Origin: Tubiluchus corallicola
Taxonomy: Eukaryota > Animalia > Priapulida
Reading direction: 5' to 3'
Assembly (NCBI GenBank): GCA_030141605.1
Contig: JAQGDQ010000265.1
Coordinates: forward strand, 248,001 to 312,000
Length of the DNA stretch: 64,000 bases
Of the stretch, positions 51,645 through 62,112 are shown in pieces. Each line of letters opens with the position of its first letter. Position 1 is the first letter of the stretch. The notes beneath the pieces are model-generated. The model ran no database searches. It worked only from the letters and a program-made list of their open reading frames with translations, and was not told the DNA's origin. The translations under genes and the position numbers were made by a program.

Positions 51645-51953
51645 ATGTTAGATCAAAATCGAATAATCGAAAAGCTCGATAATATCGAGCGTATGCTCAC
51701 CGAGCAAAATATACTTCAAAAGGAAGTCTTAAACTTCAATGAAGCATGTCAGTACTTGGATCTCAGCCAAAGTCACTTATACAAGCTGACGAGCAGCAAA
51801 TCCATTCCGCACTTCTGTCCACAGGGGAAGCGACTTTATTTCAAACGACTTGAGTTAGATGAGTGGTTGCTACGCAACCGCACATCAACTAATGATGAAA
51901 TTCAGCAACAAGCTGCTGATTACTTAATCAAAAAAGGGAGAGTAAAGCTATGA
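51645..51953 (+). CDS. Excisionase-family helix-turn-helix protein
   Basis: KEVLNFNEACQYLDLSQSHLYKLTS...IPHFCPQGKRLYF.R.ELDEWL. Confidence 0.88.
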   Translation: MLDQNRIIEKLDNIERMLTEQNILQKEVLNFNEACQYLDLSQSHLYKLTSSKSIPHFCPQGKRLYFKRLELDEWLLRNRTSTNDEIQQQAADYLIKKGRVKL

Positions 51954-52055
51954 CAGAGATTATTGAACTAATCCTGTCACTCTCTCAGGAGATTAAAACC
52001 ATAAAGGCATATCTGCAACAATTCCAGAAATCACGCTTAGAGAGATTCAGTGAAG
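51950..52055 (+). pseudogene. 5' fragment of a probable second HTH gene interrupted by IS3
   Basis: ATGA-coupled start, MTEIIELILSLSQEIKTIKAYLQQFQKSRLERFSE, ending at the IS3 IR. Confidence 0.6.
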
Positions 52056-53488
52056 TGTAAATCTTCAGCTTAATTCGGACAAATTGGTTTAAAAATTAAG
52101 AGAGACATTTCTTAAATTATAACCAATAAAAACGAATAAGATTAAGGCAAAAAAACAGACTACCGAACAAAAGGTAAAAGAGATTAAGAGACACACGAGG
52201 AAGAAGTAATCAGCTGAAGAAAAAATCAGGATTTTACTAGAGGGCATGCGTGGCGAATATAGCATTGCCGAGTTATGCCTAAAAGAAGGCATCAACGCGA
52301 ACCTTTATTACAAGTGGAGTAAAGATTTTATGGAAGCTGGCAAAAAACGCCTTGCAGGTGACATTAAACGGGAAGCTACATCGGGCGAAGTAAACGGTTT
52401 AAAGAACGAGAACCACGACCTAAAGCAGCTTGTAGCAGAGCTGAGTTTGGAAGTACGCATGCTTAAAAAAAGCTTAACTGGAACCGAGTAACTTATAAAT
52501 ATATGAGACGAAGCGCCAGTGAAAAGATGGAAATTATCCGTATTGTTCAAGATTCGGAATTCGGAGTTAAGCGCACACTTGAAGAACTTGACATCAGCCG
52601 AAGTACCTTTTACGAGTGGTACAAACGCTTCCTTGAGGGAGGATATGATGCACTCAAGCCCAAGCCGGTAAAACGCAAAAAGTTCTGGGACAAGATATCC
52701 AACAAAGAACGAGAACTGGTTTTAGACACCGCTTTGTAACGTACAGACTTATCGCCTAGGGAACTAGCCCACCACATCACCGACCATCAAAAGTGGTTTA
52801 TCAGCGAAACCAGCGTATATCGGATTCTCAAAGAGCAAGTGCTAATCACATCTCCTGCGTGGCTTTTAATGGCTGCATCCGATGATTTTAAAGATAAGAC
52901 CACGCGTGTGCACCAGCAATGGCAAACCGATTTCACCTACTTTAAAATCATTGGATGGGGCTGGTATTATTTGGCTACCGTAATGGACGATTATTCAAGG
53001 TATATCGTCACCTGGGAGCTTTGCCAAAGCATTGAGTCGGCCGATGCCAAGCATGTTATTCAAAAGGCTTTATACGGCCAAAATACCTGCAGACGATTGT
53101 CCCAGGTTACTCTCCGATAATGGAGCGTGCTACATATCAAACGAGTTTCAAAGCTTTTTAAAAGACACCAAAATGGGACATTTACGTGGAGCCCCATACC
53201 ACCCTCAAACACAAGGGAAAATTGAGCGTTACCACCGCACCATGAAAAATCAGGTAAAGTTGGATAACTACTACTTTCCTGATGAACTAATGACGGTTCT
53301 ACAGGAGTTTGTATATAATTACAACAACCACCGGTATCATGAATCACTCAAGAATGTTACACCTGCCGACGTGTATTTTGGAAGGCAAAAACAGTTACTG
53401 GGCAATCGTGAAAACATTAAAATAAAAACGCTAAATGAAAAAAGAAAAAGGAATCAGAAAATCGCAGTGTAGCACTTTTGATTTATTG
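52056..53488 (+). mobile_element. Degraded IS3-family element (right end lost)
   Basis: TGTAAATCTTCAGCTTAATTCGGACA left IR; OrfA SAEEKIRI..YYKWSKDF; OrfB WQTDFTY, LSDNG, HPQTQGKIERYHRT, YNN.RYHESL; several stops and frameshifts. Confidence 0.85.
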
Positions 53489-54826
53489 GACACTGTTTCA
53501 CAAAGTGTGTAAACTAAAAAAATACCGAGGGTTTGGCTATTTATAGCTGGACCCTTTTTTCAAATATAACTAAGAACTGATTCAAGACAATGCCCCAGTT
53601 TCTGATTGGCATTGACCATTTTTTAGTTGCTTCTCTGGTTGCCAAAAATACAGATTTCATTACAGCCTGGTCTGACGGGAATGAAAGTTTGTTTTTTGTG
53701 TATTTTCTGATTTTTCCGTTGAGATTCTCAATCAGGTTGGTTGTATAAATTATCTTTCTGATTTCCAGCGGAAACTCAAAGAATACTGTTAGGTCTTCCC
53801 AGTTGTCTCGCCAGCTTTTAATTGCGTAAGAGTATTTATCCTCCCAAGCTGCTGCAAAATCTTCTAAAGCTGCTTTTGCAGCCTCTTTTGTAGGGGCATT
53901 ATAGATTTGCTTCATATCTTTTGTAAATGCCTTTTTATCTTTCCAAACCACGTATCTGCTTGCGTTACGGATTTGATGAACAACACATATTTGTGTTTTA
54001 GATTCAGGGAAAACAGTTCGGATAGTATCTGTAAAACCATTCAAGTTATCTGTTGCCGTAATCAGAATATCGTTAACTCCACGGGCTTTCATATCGGTAA
54101 GTACGTTCATCCAAAAGGCAGCGGACTCACTCTTGCCCAACCATAAGCCAAGAACCTCTTTTTTCCCATCTCTGCGAAGTCCTACGGCAATGTAAACGGT
54201 TTTGTTGACGACCTTAGAGTTCTCCCGCACTTTAAATACAATGCCATCCATCCAAACAATTAGGTATACAGTTTCCAGAGGTCGGTTCTGCCACGCTACA
54301 ATGTCGTTGGTGACTGAATCGGTAATCCTTGATATGGTGGATGTGGAAACTTCAAAACCGTATAGCTCCCGAATTTGCTCTTCAATATCGCTATTACTCA
54401 TTCCTTTAGCATAAAACGAAACAATGATATTCTCTAAGCCATCGACCATGTTCCCTCCTTTGGGTACAATCATCGGATTAAACGAAGAATCACGGTCTCG
54501 GGGAACCTGAATGTTGGATTCTCCCAGAGTGGTTCGGACTCTCTTCTCTGAATAGCCATTGCGGGCATTCTGATTATCCGATTTTTGATTCTTATCATAG
54601 CCTAAATGACCATCGAGTTCTCCTTCAAGCATCTTTTCAATGCCTCGTTTTTGGAGCTCTTGTAAAAAACCATTGAGCTCTTCCCCTGAATTAAACTGTT
54701 CAAGGAAATCATCATTTAATAAATCTTCTTTTTTCATTACTGTCTAAAGTTTTAAAATTAAACAAAAAAATGCCGAGGGTTGCAACCCTCGGCATTTTCT
54801 ATTTACACAGTTTATGAGATAGTGCT
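53489..54826 (-). mobile_element. IS256-family insertion sequence
   Basis: IRs GACACTGTTTCACAAAGTGTGTAAA / rc AGCACTATCTCATAAACTGTGTAAA; flanks do not form a matching TSD. Confidence 0.9.
53541..54737 (-). CDS. IS256-family transposase
   Basis: [42 protein letters not shown]. Confidence 0.95.
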   Translation of the reverse strand: MKKEDLLNDDFLEQFNSGEELNGFLQELQKRGIEKMLEGELDGHLGYDKNQKSDNQNARNGYSEKRVRTTLGESNIQVPRDRDSSFNPMIVPKGGNMVDGLENIIVSFYAKGMSNSDIEEQIRELYGFEVSTSTISRITDSVTNDIVAWQNRPLETVYLIVWMDGIVFKVRENSKVVNKTVYIAVGLRRDGKKEVLGLWLGKSESAAFWMNVLTDMKARGVNDILITATDNLNGFTDTIRTVFPESKTQICVVHQIRNASRYVVWKDKKAFTKDMKQIYNAPTKEAAKAALEDFAAAWEDKYSYAIKSWRDNWEDLTVFFEFPLEIRKIIYTTNLIENLNGKIRKYTKNKLSFPSDQAVMKSVFLATREATKKWSMPIRNWGIVLNQFLVIFEKRVQL

Positions 54827-54857
54827 TAAACTTGGGTGCTGCAATGCACAAAACAGG
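54827..54857 (+). mobile_element. Isolated right end of a third IS1634 copy
   Basis: TAAACTTGGGTGCTGCAATGCACAAAACAGG, identical to 24386-24416. Confidence 0.9.
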
Positions 54858-56046
54858 ACGTAGACGAGATTGTCCGCGACCATGGCGTTAGCAGAGCCTC
54901 GTTTTATAAATGGAGGCAACGTTTTGGAGGCATGGAAGCATCCGAGTTAAAAAGGCTCAAAGAGCTTGAAGAGGAGAATCGCAAGTTAAAAATGATGTAT
55001 GCCGAACAATCTCTGGATTTAAAACTCGCCAAAGAGATTATCGAAAAAAAGCTTTAAATCCTTGTGAAAAACGAGAGATTGCAAAAGAAGTTTGCAAAGT
55101 TCCTAAAGTAGGCATCCGCAGGGCTTGCCGAGTACTAAATATGAGTCGTTCGGTTTATTATTATGAATCGATAAAAGATGATGCAGGGATAATTGAGGCG
55201 CTTACCAAAAAAGCGTAAGACCATCCTACAGAAGGATTCTGTAAAGCCTATGGGCGATTGCGTCTGGAAGGTTACGATTGGAACCACAAGCGAGTATATC
55301 GGGTTTACTGCCTGATGAAACTAAATATCCGCAGGAAAGTAAAGAAGAGGCTTCCTGTCAGAGTTAAGGTTCCTTTGGTAATTCCAGAAAACATCAATCA
55401 GTGCTGGTCAATTGATTTTATGCACGATGCTCTTGAAAACGGACGGAAGATAAAGAGTTTCAATATAATGGACGATTTTAACCGAGAAGCACTTCATGTT
55501 GAACTTGACCATTCGATTCGAAGTAACAAAGTAGTTTATGTTTTGAACCACTTGATAAAGCGTAGAGGTAAACCAACAAAAATAAGGATGGATAATGGCC
55601 CTGAGTTTATTGCAGAACTTTTAAAAGAATGGAGTGAGCTTCAAGGGATAGAACTGTTATATATTCAGCCAGGCAAGCCAACACAGAATGCTTTTGTAGA
55701 ACGCCTGAACGGAACATACCGCAGGGCTGTATTGGATGCCTACCTGTTTCAGTCGCTGGATGAAGCCAGGGATGAAACAGATAAATGGATATTTGATTAC
55801 AACTATAAAAGGCCGCATGATTCATTGGGAGGAATGACCCCCATAGGTTATGCCAATAAAATGAAAAACCAAAAGCTGAAAAGCAAAGTAAATGTGATTC
55901 ATGAACCTGTCAAGGGTATATAAACGACTTCGCTCACTCAGTCGCCCTTGACAGAACCAAAAATCACACTGAAAAAGCTTTCAGAATTTGGTTATGAAAA
56001 AGAAAATAATCTATTTTTAAGTAGTCCTAAAAAGGGGAAGCTTACA
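54858..56046 (+). mobile_element. 5'-truncated, degraded IS3-family element (IS407-like)
   Basis: Orf[32 protein letters not shown]7G slippage motif at 55044-55051, Orf[35 protein letters not shown]; premature stop ~55216; right IR ...GGGGAAGCTTACA. Confidence 0.88.
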
Positions 56047-56410
56047 GAGCTTTTTAATACGCCAGATCAAAATAGACAAATAGCAGCTTTTTATCTCGAT
56101 AAAAACCAATTCTTAAGGGACGACTGATAACTATCATAGAAGATAATTAACTTTGGCACAGATAAGAATTAGACTTGGGCGGATTTTGCAGCAAACTAGC
56201 AAGTAAGAAATTTAAAAATACTTAGCAAAAGCCGGTTCAGTTTTGAGACAGAAGCATGATTATGATGGTTTGAGTCTTTAGGAAGAATTTGTTGAAGTAA
56301 CAGTAGTATTGTAAGAAGTTTTATATAAGATTTTAGAAGAAGGAATAAATTCATGCTGATTTTATTTTTGTTTTGTGAATAGAAGTGATCATAAGTAGAG
56401 TTAACAATAT

Positions 56411-57400
56411 ATGGAAAATAATAAACAAGTTTTAGTTACAGGAGCTGATGGCTTTATTGGATCTCATTTAACAGAATTGTTATTAGAAAAGGGAGCTCAT
56501 GTAAAGGCTCTTTCTTTGTATAACTCATTCAATTACTGGGGATGGTTGGAAGATGTAAAAGAAAATGATAAGCTTGAAGTAGTATCAGGAGATATTCGTG
56601 ATCCTCACTTTTGTAAACACCTAACAAAAGACATTGATGTGATTTATCACTTAGGAGCATTAATAGCAATTCCGTACTCTTATTTAGCGCCTGATTCTTA
56701 TGTAGATACAAATATAAAAGGAACCTTAAATATTTGTCAAGCAGCAATAGAAAACGGATGTAAACGTGTGATACATACCTCTACATCAGAAGTATATGGG
56801 ACAGCTCAATATATTCCTATAGATGAAAAACATCCCAAACAACCACAGTCTCCTTACTCTGCTTCTAAAATTGGAGCAGATGCAATGGCAATGAGCTTTT
56901 ATAATGCCTTTAACCTACCAGTAACGATAGTTCGCCCTTTCAATACTTATGGTCCCAGACAATCAGCCAGAGCTATTATCCCTACAATCATTACACAAAT
57001 TGCAAATGGAGTAGAAGAAATTAAACTAGGAGATCTTTCCCCAACAAGGGATTTTAACTTTGTAGAAGATACTGCTGCTGGATTTATAGCTGTTTCAGAG
57101 TGTGATTCCTTAATAGGAGAAGAAGTTAATATCTGTTCTAACTTTGAAATATCAATGAAAGATACTTTAGAGCTGATAAAGAAAATTATGAACTCTAATG
57201 TTAGATTTGTAACAGAACAGCAACGTATCAGACCAGAAAAATCAGAAGTGTTTAGACTTTGGGGAGACAATACAAAACTATTAAAACACACTGGGTTTAA
57301 AACAAAATATTCTATTGAAGAAGGACTGAAAAAAACCTGTGAGTGGTTTGCAGATTTGGATAACCTGAAAAAGTATAAAGCTAGCATTTATAATGTATAA
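56411..57400 (+). CDS. legB: NAD-dependent 4,6-dehydratase LegB
   Basis: VTGADGFIGSHL, ALIAIPYSY.AP.SYVDTN, QSPYSASK, RPFNTYGPRQSARA, RPEKSEVFRL. Confidence 0.9.
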   Translation: MENNKQVLVTGADGFIGSHLTELLLEKGAHVKALSLYNSFNYWGWLEDVKENDKLEVVSGDIRDPHFCKHLTKDIDVIYHLGALIAIPYSYLAPDSYVDTNIKGTLNICQAAIENGCKRVIHTSTSEVYGTAQYIPIDEKHPKQPQSPYSASKIGADAMAMSFYNAFNLPVTIVRPFNTYGPRQSARAIIPTIITQIANGVEEIKLGDLSPTRDFNFVEDTAAGFIAVSECDSLIGEEVNICSNFEISMKDTLELIKKIMNSNVRFVTEQQRIRPEKSEVFRLWGDNTKLLKHTGFKTKYSIEEGLKKTCEWFADLDNLKKYKASIYNV

Positions 57401-58538
57401 AGATATTGTAACCTATATAAGAAAACTCTATAACACAGAAAGCTTTATTCCTCTTCACGAACCGAGATTCTATGGCAATGAGCGAAAGTATGTTATGGAT
57501 GCAATTGACTCAACATTTGTTTCTTCAGTAGGAGAATATGTGAACCGTTTCGAAACCATGATGGCAGAAGTAGCAGGAACACGTTATGCTGTGGCAACTG
57601 TAAACGGAACAGCCTCTTTGCATATTGCACTGATACTTTCCGGAGTGAAAAAAGGCACAGAAGTCATCACCCAGCCATTAACCTTTGTGGCTACTGCTAA
57701 TGCAATTACTTATACAGGTGCTGTTCCCGTGTTTGTAGATGTTGATAAAACAACACTTGGCCTTTCTCCAGATGCGTTGAGAGATTTCTTAGAAAACAAA
57801 ACAGAACAAAGAGGAGGTTTCTGTATTAACAAAAATACCGGAAGACAAGTTACAGCATGTGTGCCGATGCACACTTTTGGTTTTCCCTGTAGGATTGATA
57901 AAATAGTAGAAATATGCAATACCCATAACATTCAAGTGGTTGAGGACGCAGCAGAATCAATAGGAAGTAAATACAAAGGACAAGCAACAGGGAGTTTTGG
58001 AAATCTGGGGATCTTTAGTTTTAATGGAAATAAAACCGTTACTTGTGGGGGAGGTGGAGCAATTACCACAAATGACGAAAAACTAGCTAAACTGGCAAAA
58101 CACATTACAACAACAGCAAAAGTCCCTCATAAATGGGAGTATATACATGATATGCCAGCCTACAATTATCGAATGCCTAACTTGAATGCAGCAATGGCTT
58201 GCGCACAGCTGGAACAACTGGATGATTTTATAAAACGAAAAAGAACTCAGGCGCGTAAGTATGCTGATCTTTTTGAAAAAACCAACATCCGATTCTTGAC
58301 AGAAGAAAAAGATGCATTTGCAAACTACTGGTTAATGTCTATTGTCTTCAATAACTTTGAAGAAAGAGAAAAGTTTTTGACATATACAAACGAAAAGGGA
58401 GTTATGACACGTCCAATTTGGAAGTTAATGCATAAGCTGGCTATGTATAAAGATTGTGAGGTAGCTTCTTCAGATAATGCAGAGTGGTTAGAAGAAAAAG
58501 TTGTAAATATACCTAGTAGTGTAATTAGTAATGGATAA
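57393..58538 (+). CDS. legC: LegC-family aminotransferase (DegT/DnrJ)
   Basis: FIPLHEP, STFVSSVG, VEDAAES, SFNGNKTVT.GGGG, YNYRMPNLNAA. Confidence 0.9.
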   Translation: MYKDIVTYIRKLYNTESFIPLHEPRFYGNERKYVMDAIDSTFVSSVGEYVNRFETMMAEVAGTRYAVATVNGTASLHIALILSGVKKGTEVITQPLTFVATANAITYTGAVPVFVDVDKTTLGLSPDALRDFLENKTEQRGGFCINKNTGRQVTACVPMHTFGFPCRIDKIVEICNTHNIQVVEDAAESIGSKYKGQATGSFGNLGIFSFNGNKTVTCGGGGAITTNDEKLAKLAKHITTTAKVPHKWEYIHDMPAYNYRMPNLNAAMACAQLEQLDDFIKRKRTQARKYADLFEKTNIRFLTEEKDAFANYWLMSIVFNNFEEREKFLTYTNEKGVMTRPIWKLMHKLAMYKDCEVASSDNAEWLEEKVVNIPSSVISNG

Positions 58539-59160
58539 AAAAGAAATTATTCTTGTTGGTGGTGGTGGGCACTGTAAGTCTTGTATAGATGTAATTGAAC
58601 AAGAAAATAAATATACAATTGCAGGAATTGTTGATTTGCCCGAGAAAATTGGGGAAAAAGTACTAGGATATCCAATTATTGCTTCTGATGAAGATTTAAC
58701 ACTTCTTGCCCAAAAGTATAACTACTTTCTAATAACTGTCGGGCAGATTAAAAACGCGAACTTGAGAAAGAAATTTTTTAACAGATTGAAAAAATTAGGT
58801 GTAGAATTACCTATAATAAAATCGCCTTTAGCCTATGTAAGTGAATATGCACAAGTTGGAGCTGGTAGTATCATTATGCATAGAACCACTGTAAATGCAG
58901 AAGCTGTTGTTGGACACAACTGTATCTTGAACACAGGATGCTTGCTTGAGCATGAAGTGGTAGTGGGAGACCATTGTCATATTTCTACGAACGCAGTCAT
59001 TAATGGTCAAACGCATTTAGGGAATGAATGCTTTGTGGGAAGTAATACTGTACTCGCAAATAATATTAATGTTGCTGATAATTCAATAATTTCAGCTGGG
59101 AGTAATGTAACCAATAAACCAACCAGGGATATATTCAGGAGAGCCCATAAGAAAAATTAA
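58531..59160 (+). CDS. NeuD/PglD-family sugar acetyltransferase (C-terminal frameshift)
   Basis: GGGGHCKSCIDVI, hexapeptide repeats; the expected tail INQPGIYSGEPIRKIK lies in another frame. Confidence 0.85.
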   Translation: MDKKEIILVGGGGHCKSCIDVIEQENKYTIAGIVDLPEKIGEKVLGYPIIASDEDLTLLAQKYNYFLITVGQIKNANLRKKFFNRLKKLGVELPIIKSPLAYVSEYAQVGAGSIIMHRTTVNAEAVVGHNCILNTGCLLEHEVVVGDHCHISTNAVINGQTHLGNECFVGSNTVLANNINVADNSIISAGSNVTNKPTRDIFRRAHKKN

Positions 59161-59166
59161 ATAATT

Positions 59167-60174
59167 GTGAAAACGTTAATAATTGCAGAAGCAGGAGTAA
59201 ACCATAACGGAAACCTTCAAATTGCTAAGAAGCTAATAATTGAAGCAGCTAAAGCTGGAGCTGACTATGTAAAATTTCAAGTCTTTATAGCAGAATTAAA
59301 TATAGTAGAAACCGCAGAGAAAGCAGTATACCAAAAAAAGAATACAAGTGATAGTTCAGAAACGCAGTTAGAGATGGTGCGGAAATTAGAACTAAGCTTT
59401 GAACAGTTTGAGCAACTTCAGCAAATTTGCAGAAATAATCACATAGGTTTTCTTGCAACAGGTTTTGATCATCCAAGTATAGACTTTCTTGCAGAGCTCA
59501 ACATCCCCTTTTTTAAAATTCCTTCTGGAGAGATTACCAATAAACCATACCTACAACATATTGCTAAAAAAGGGAAACCACTTATTGTAAGTACAGGTAT
59601 GGCAAATATGGAAGAAATAAAGAAGGTGTTAGATGTTTTTACAGAAGAAGGGATAAGTAAAAACGACATAACTGTATTGCACTGTAATACAGAATACCCC
59701 ACTCCAATGCGAGATGTAAATTTAAAAGCCATGAATACTATCAAAGAAAACCTTGGAGTTACTATAGGCTACTCAGATCATACTTTAGGAATTGAAGTGT
59801 CTATAGCAGCAGTAGCCCTTGGAGCAAAGGTAATAGAAAAGCATTTTACACTTGATAGAAACATGGATGGCCCGGATCATAGAGCATCTCTAGAGCCTGG
59901 TGAGTTGAAAACAATGATCGAAGCAATTCGAAATGTAGAATTAGCTATTTCTGGATCAGGCATAAAAGAACCAAGCCCGAGCGAACAAAAAAATATAAAT
60001 ATTGCTCGAAAAAGTATTGTAGCAGCAAAGAAAATAACGAAAGGCGAGGTATTTACTGACGAAAACCTGACTGTTAAACGTCCGGGAAAAGGAATGAGCC
60101 CAATGAAGTGGAATGAAATACTGGGAAAGGTAGCTAAAAGATCATTTGAAAAAGACGAATTGATTGAAATATAG
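59167..60174 (+). CDS. neuB: Nonulosonic acid synthase (NeuB/LegI)
   Basis: IIAEAGVNHNG, KIPSGEITN, LHCNTEYP, GYSDHTLG, IEKHFTLD, SAF domain KRPG.G. Confidence 0.93.
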   Translation: MKTLIIAEAGVNHNGNLQIAKKLIIEAAKAGADYVKFQVFIAELNIVETAEKAVYQKKNTSDSSETQLEMVRKLELSFEQFEQLQQICRNNHIGFLATGFDHPSIDFLAELNIPFFKIPSGEITNKPYLQHIAKKGKPLIVSTGMANMEEIKKVLDVFTEEGISKNDITVLHCNTEYPTPMRDVNLKAMNTIKENLGVTIGYSDHTLGIEVSIAAVALGAKVIEKHFTLDRNMDGPDHRASLEPGELKTMIEAIRNVELAISGSGIKEPSPSEQKNINIARKSIVAAKKITKGEVFTDENLTVKRPGKGMSPMKWNEILGKVAKRSFEKDELIEI

Positions 60175-60202
60175 GAAATAGATTAATAATTACAATTATA
60201 AT

Positions 60203-60955
60203 ATGAAGATTGTTTTTATAGGAACAGTTTTGTTTAGTGAAAAGATTCTGTCAAAACTGATAGAGCTAAAAGCAAATATTGTTGGAGTCATAACTAAAGA
60301 AGAATCAGACTTTAATTCAGACTTTGTTGATCTGTCAGAAATAGCTACAAAAAACGAACTTCCTTTTAAATATGTAGACAATATAAACAAAGAGGAGAAT
60401 ATAAACTGGATAAAAGAAAAAACCCCAGATATTATCTTTTGCTTTGGGTGGTCTCAACTATTAAAAAAAGAAGTTTTGAATACTCCTAAAATGGGAGTTG
60501 TTGGCTTCCATCCAGCGAAACTACCTATGAATAGAGGGAGGCATCTCCTGATCTGGACCTTGGCATTAGGTTTAGAGGTATCTACTTCTACTTTCTTCTT
60601 CATGTCCGAAGGAGCTGATGATGGAGATATCCTATCACAATCCGAGGTTGATGTATCAAGTTCAGATGATGCTTATAGTTTATACAACAAAATAGTGAGA
60701 ACAGGAGTAGAGCAAGTAGAAAAGGTTTATCCAGAATTATGTAATGGTACGTACAAAAGAGAAAAACAGAATCATAGTTTGGCTAATTATTGGAGGAAAA
60801 GAAATAAAAATGACGGATTAATTGATTTTAGAATGAATGCAAGTACCATATATAATCAAGTAAGAGCACTTACCAGATCTTATGTTGGAACCCGTATATT
60901 CTCTTTAGTAAACAGAATAGTAATCCCTATTCTATATAAACGATATAAAATATGA
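60203..60955 (+). CDS. N10-formyl-THF-dependent sugar formyltransferase, C-terminus apparently truncated
   Basis: KIVFIG, FCFGWS, GFHPAKLPMNRGRH, GADDGDILSQ, YWRKR...DG.IDF; similarity ends after RALTRSYVG. Confidence 0.8.
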   Translation: MKIVFIGTVLFSEKILSKLIELKANIVGVITKEESDFNSDFVDLSEIATKNELPFKYVDNINKEENINWIKEKTPDIIFCFGWSQLLKKEVLNTPKMGVVGFHPAKLPMNRGRHLLIWTLALGLEVSTSTFFFMSEGADDGDILSQSEVDVSSSDDAYSLYNKIVRTGVEQVEKVYPELCNGTYKREKQNHSLANYWRKRNKNDGLIDFRMNASTIYNQVRALTRSYVGTRIFSLVNRIVIPILYKRYKI

Positions 60956-62112
60956 AAAAAATATGCGTATTTACTGGTACACGGGCAGAATATGGTTTGC
61001 TTTTTCAGCTAATAAAAAAACTCAAACATGATGACCAGTTAAAACTGCAGCTAATAGCAACAGGTATGCATTTATCACCTGAGTTTGGATTGACTTATAA
61101 GGAGATAGAAAAAGATGGGTTCTCGATAGACAAAAAAATTGAAATATTGCTTTCTTCTGATACAGCAGTAGGAATTTCTAAAACAATAGGACTGGCACAA
61201 ATCTCATTCGCAGAAGCTTTAGAAGGTCTAGAGCCAGACTTACTCATAATATTGGGAGACAGAACAGAGGCTTTTGCAGTAGCCAGCTCCGCGTTAATCG
61301 CAGGAATTCCCATTGCTCACATACATGGGGGAGAATTAACAGAAGGTGTTTATGATGATGCGATAAGACATTCAATAACAAAAATGAGTCATCTACACTT
61401 TACCTCAACAGAAGATTATCGTAAAAGAGTTATCCAATTGGGAGAACAGCCCTCTACTGTTTTCAATGTAGGAGCAATAGGCCTAGATAACATAAAACAC
61501 CTAAAATTATTAAATAAAAAGGATCTTGAAAAAGCAATTGGTTTTAAACTAGGGAAAAAGAACATCTTGGCCACCTTCCATCCTGTAACATTGGAAAATT
61601 TGACAGCACAAGAACAGTTTAATGAACTGTTAAAGGTTTTTGAAGAATTACCGGATACTCATATTATTTTTACAAAGCCAAACTCTGATAAAGGAGGGAG
61701 AATCATAACTCATATGATAGATACTTTTGTAAAAAAATATCCTGAAAGATCTGTTGAATTTGAATCTTTAGGGCAATTAAGATACCTTTCTACTATGAAA
61801 CATGTAGATATTGTTATAGGTAACTCTTCGAGTGGAATTCTTGAAGCACCCGCTTTTAATATGCCTACTGTTAATATTGGAGACAGACAAAAAGGACGAA
61901 TCATGGGAGAAACCATTTTAAACTGTGAGCCTAATAAAAATAGCATCAGGAAATCAATAGAAAAGGCCTTTCAGTTTAATCGGAATATCAAAAGAGGATA
62001 TCCTTATGGAAACGGAACTGCTTCAGAAAAAATATTGAAAATCCTAAAAGAAACAAGCTCAATAGATATTAAGAAAATTTTCTACGATTGTAAAATATCA
62101 GGAGATGAATGA
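60952..62112 (+). CDS. neuC: Hydrolysing NDP-sugar 2-epimerase (NeuC/LegG)
   Basis: TGTRAEYGLL, TGMHLSPEFG.T, LGDR.E, HIHGGE, IRHSITK.SHLHF, GNSSSG. Confidence 0.93.
   Translation: MKKICVFTGTRAEYGLLFQLIKKLKHDDQLKLQLIATGMHLSPEFGLTYKEIEKDGFSIDKKIEILLSSDTAVGISKTIGLAQISFAEALEGLEPDLLIILGDRTEAFAVASSALIAGIPIAHIHGGELTEGVYDDAIRHSITKMSHLHFTSTEDYRKRVIQLGEQPSTVFNVGAIGLDNIKHLKLLNKKDLEKAIGFKLGKKNILATFHPVTLENLTAQEQFNELLKVFEELPDTHIIFTKPNSDKGGRIITHMIDTFVKKYPERSVEFESLGQLRYLSTMKHVDIVIGNSSSGILEAPAFNMPTVNIGDRQKGRIMGETILNCEPNKNSIRKSIEKAFQFNRNIKRGYPYGNGTASEKILKILKETSSIDIKKIFYDCKISGDE

Larger units (their letters stand above)
48264..52055 (+). mobile_element. Left part of an integrative element inserted at the mnmE 3' end
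   Basis: HTH, tyrosine integrase, hypothetical and two HTH genes immediately after mnmE; visible shift to C/A-richer composition; right end not identifiable. Confidence 0.8.

Noticed and set aside
56047-56130. Short 3' gene fragment after the IS3 right end (..IAAFYLDKNQFLRDD*)
   Set aside because: Too short to assign.
5503-61946. Numerous 60-200 aa ORFs antisense to or overlapping assigned genes (e.g. 42387-42872, 44381-44971, 56947-57387)
   Set aside because: Shadow ORFs of well-supported genes; no independent motifs.
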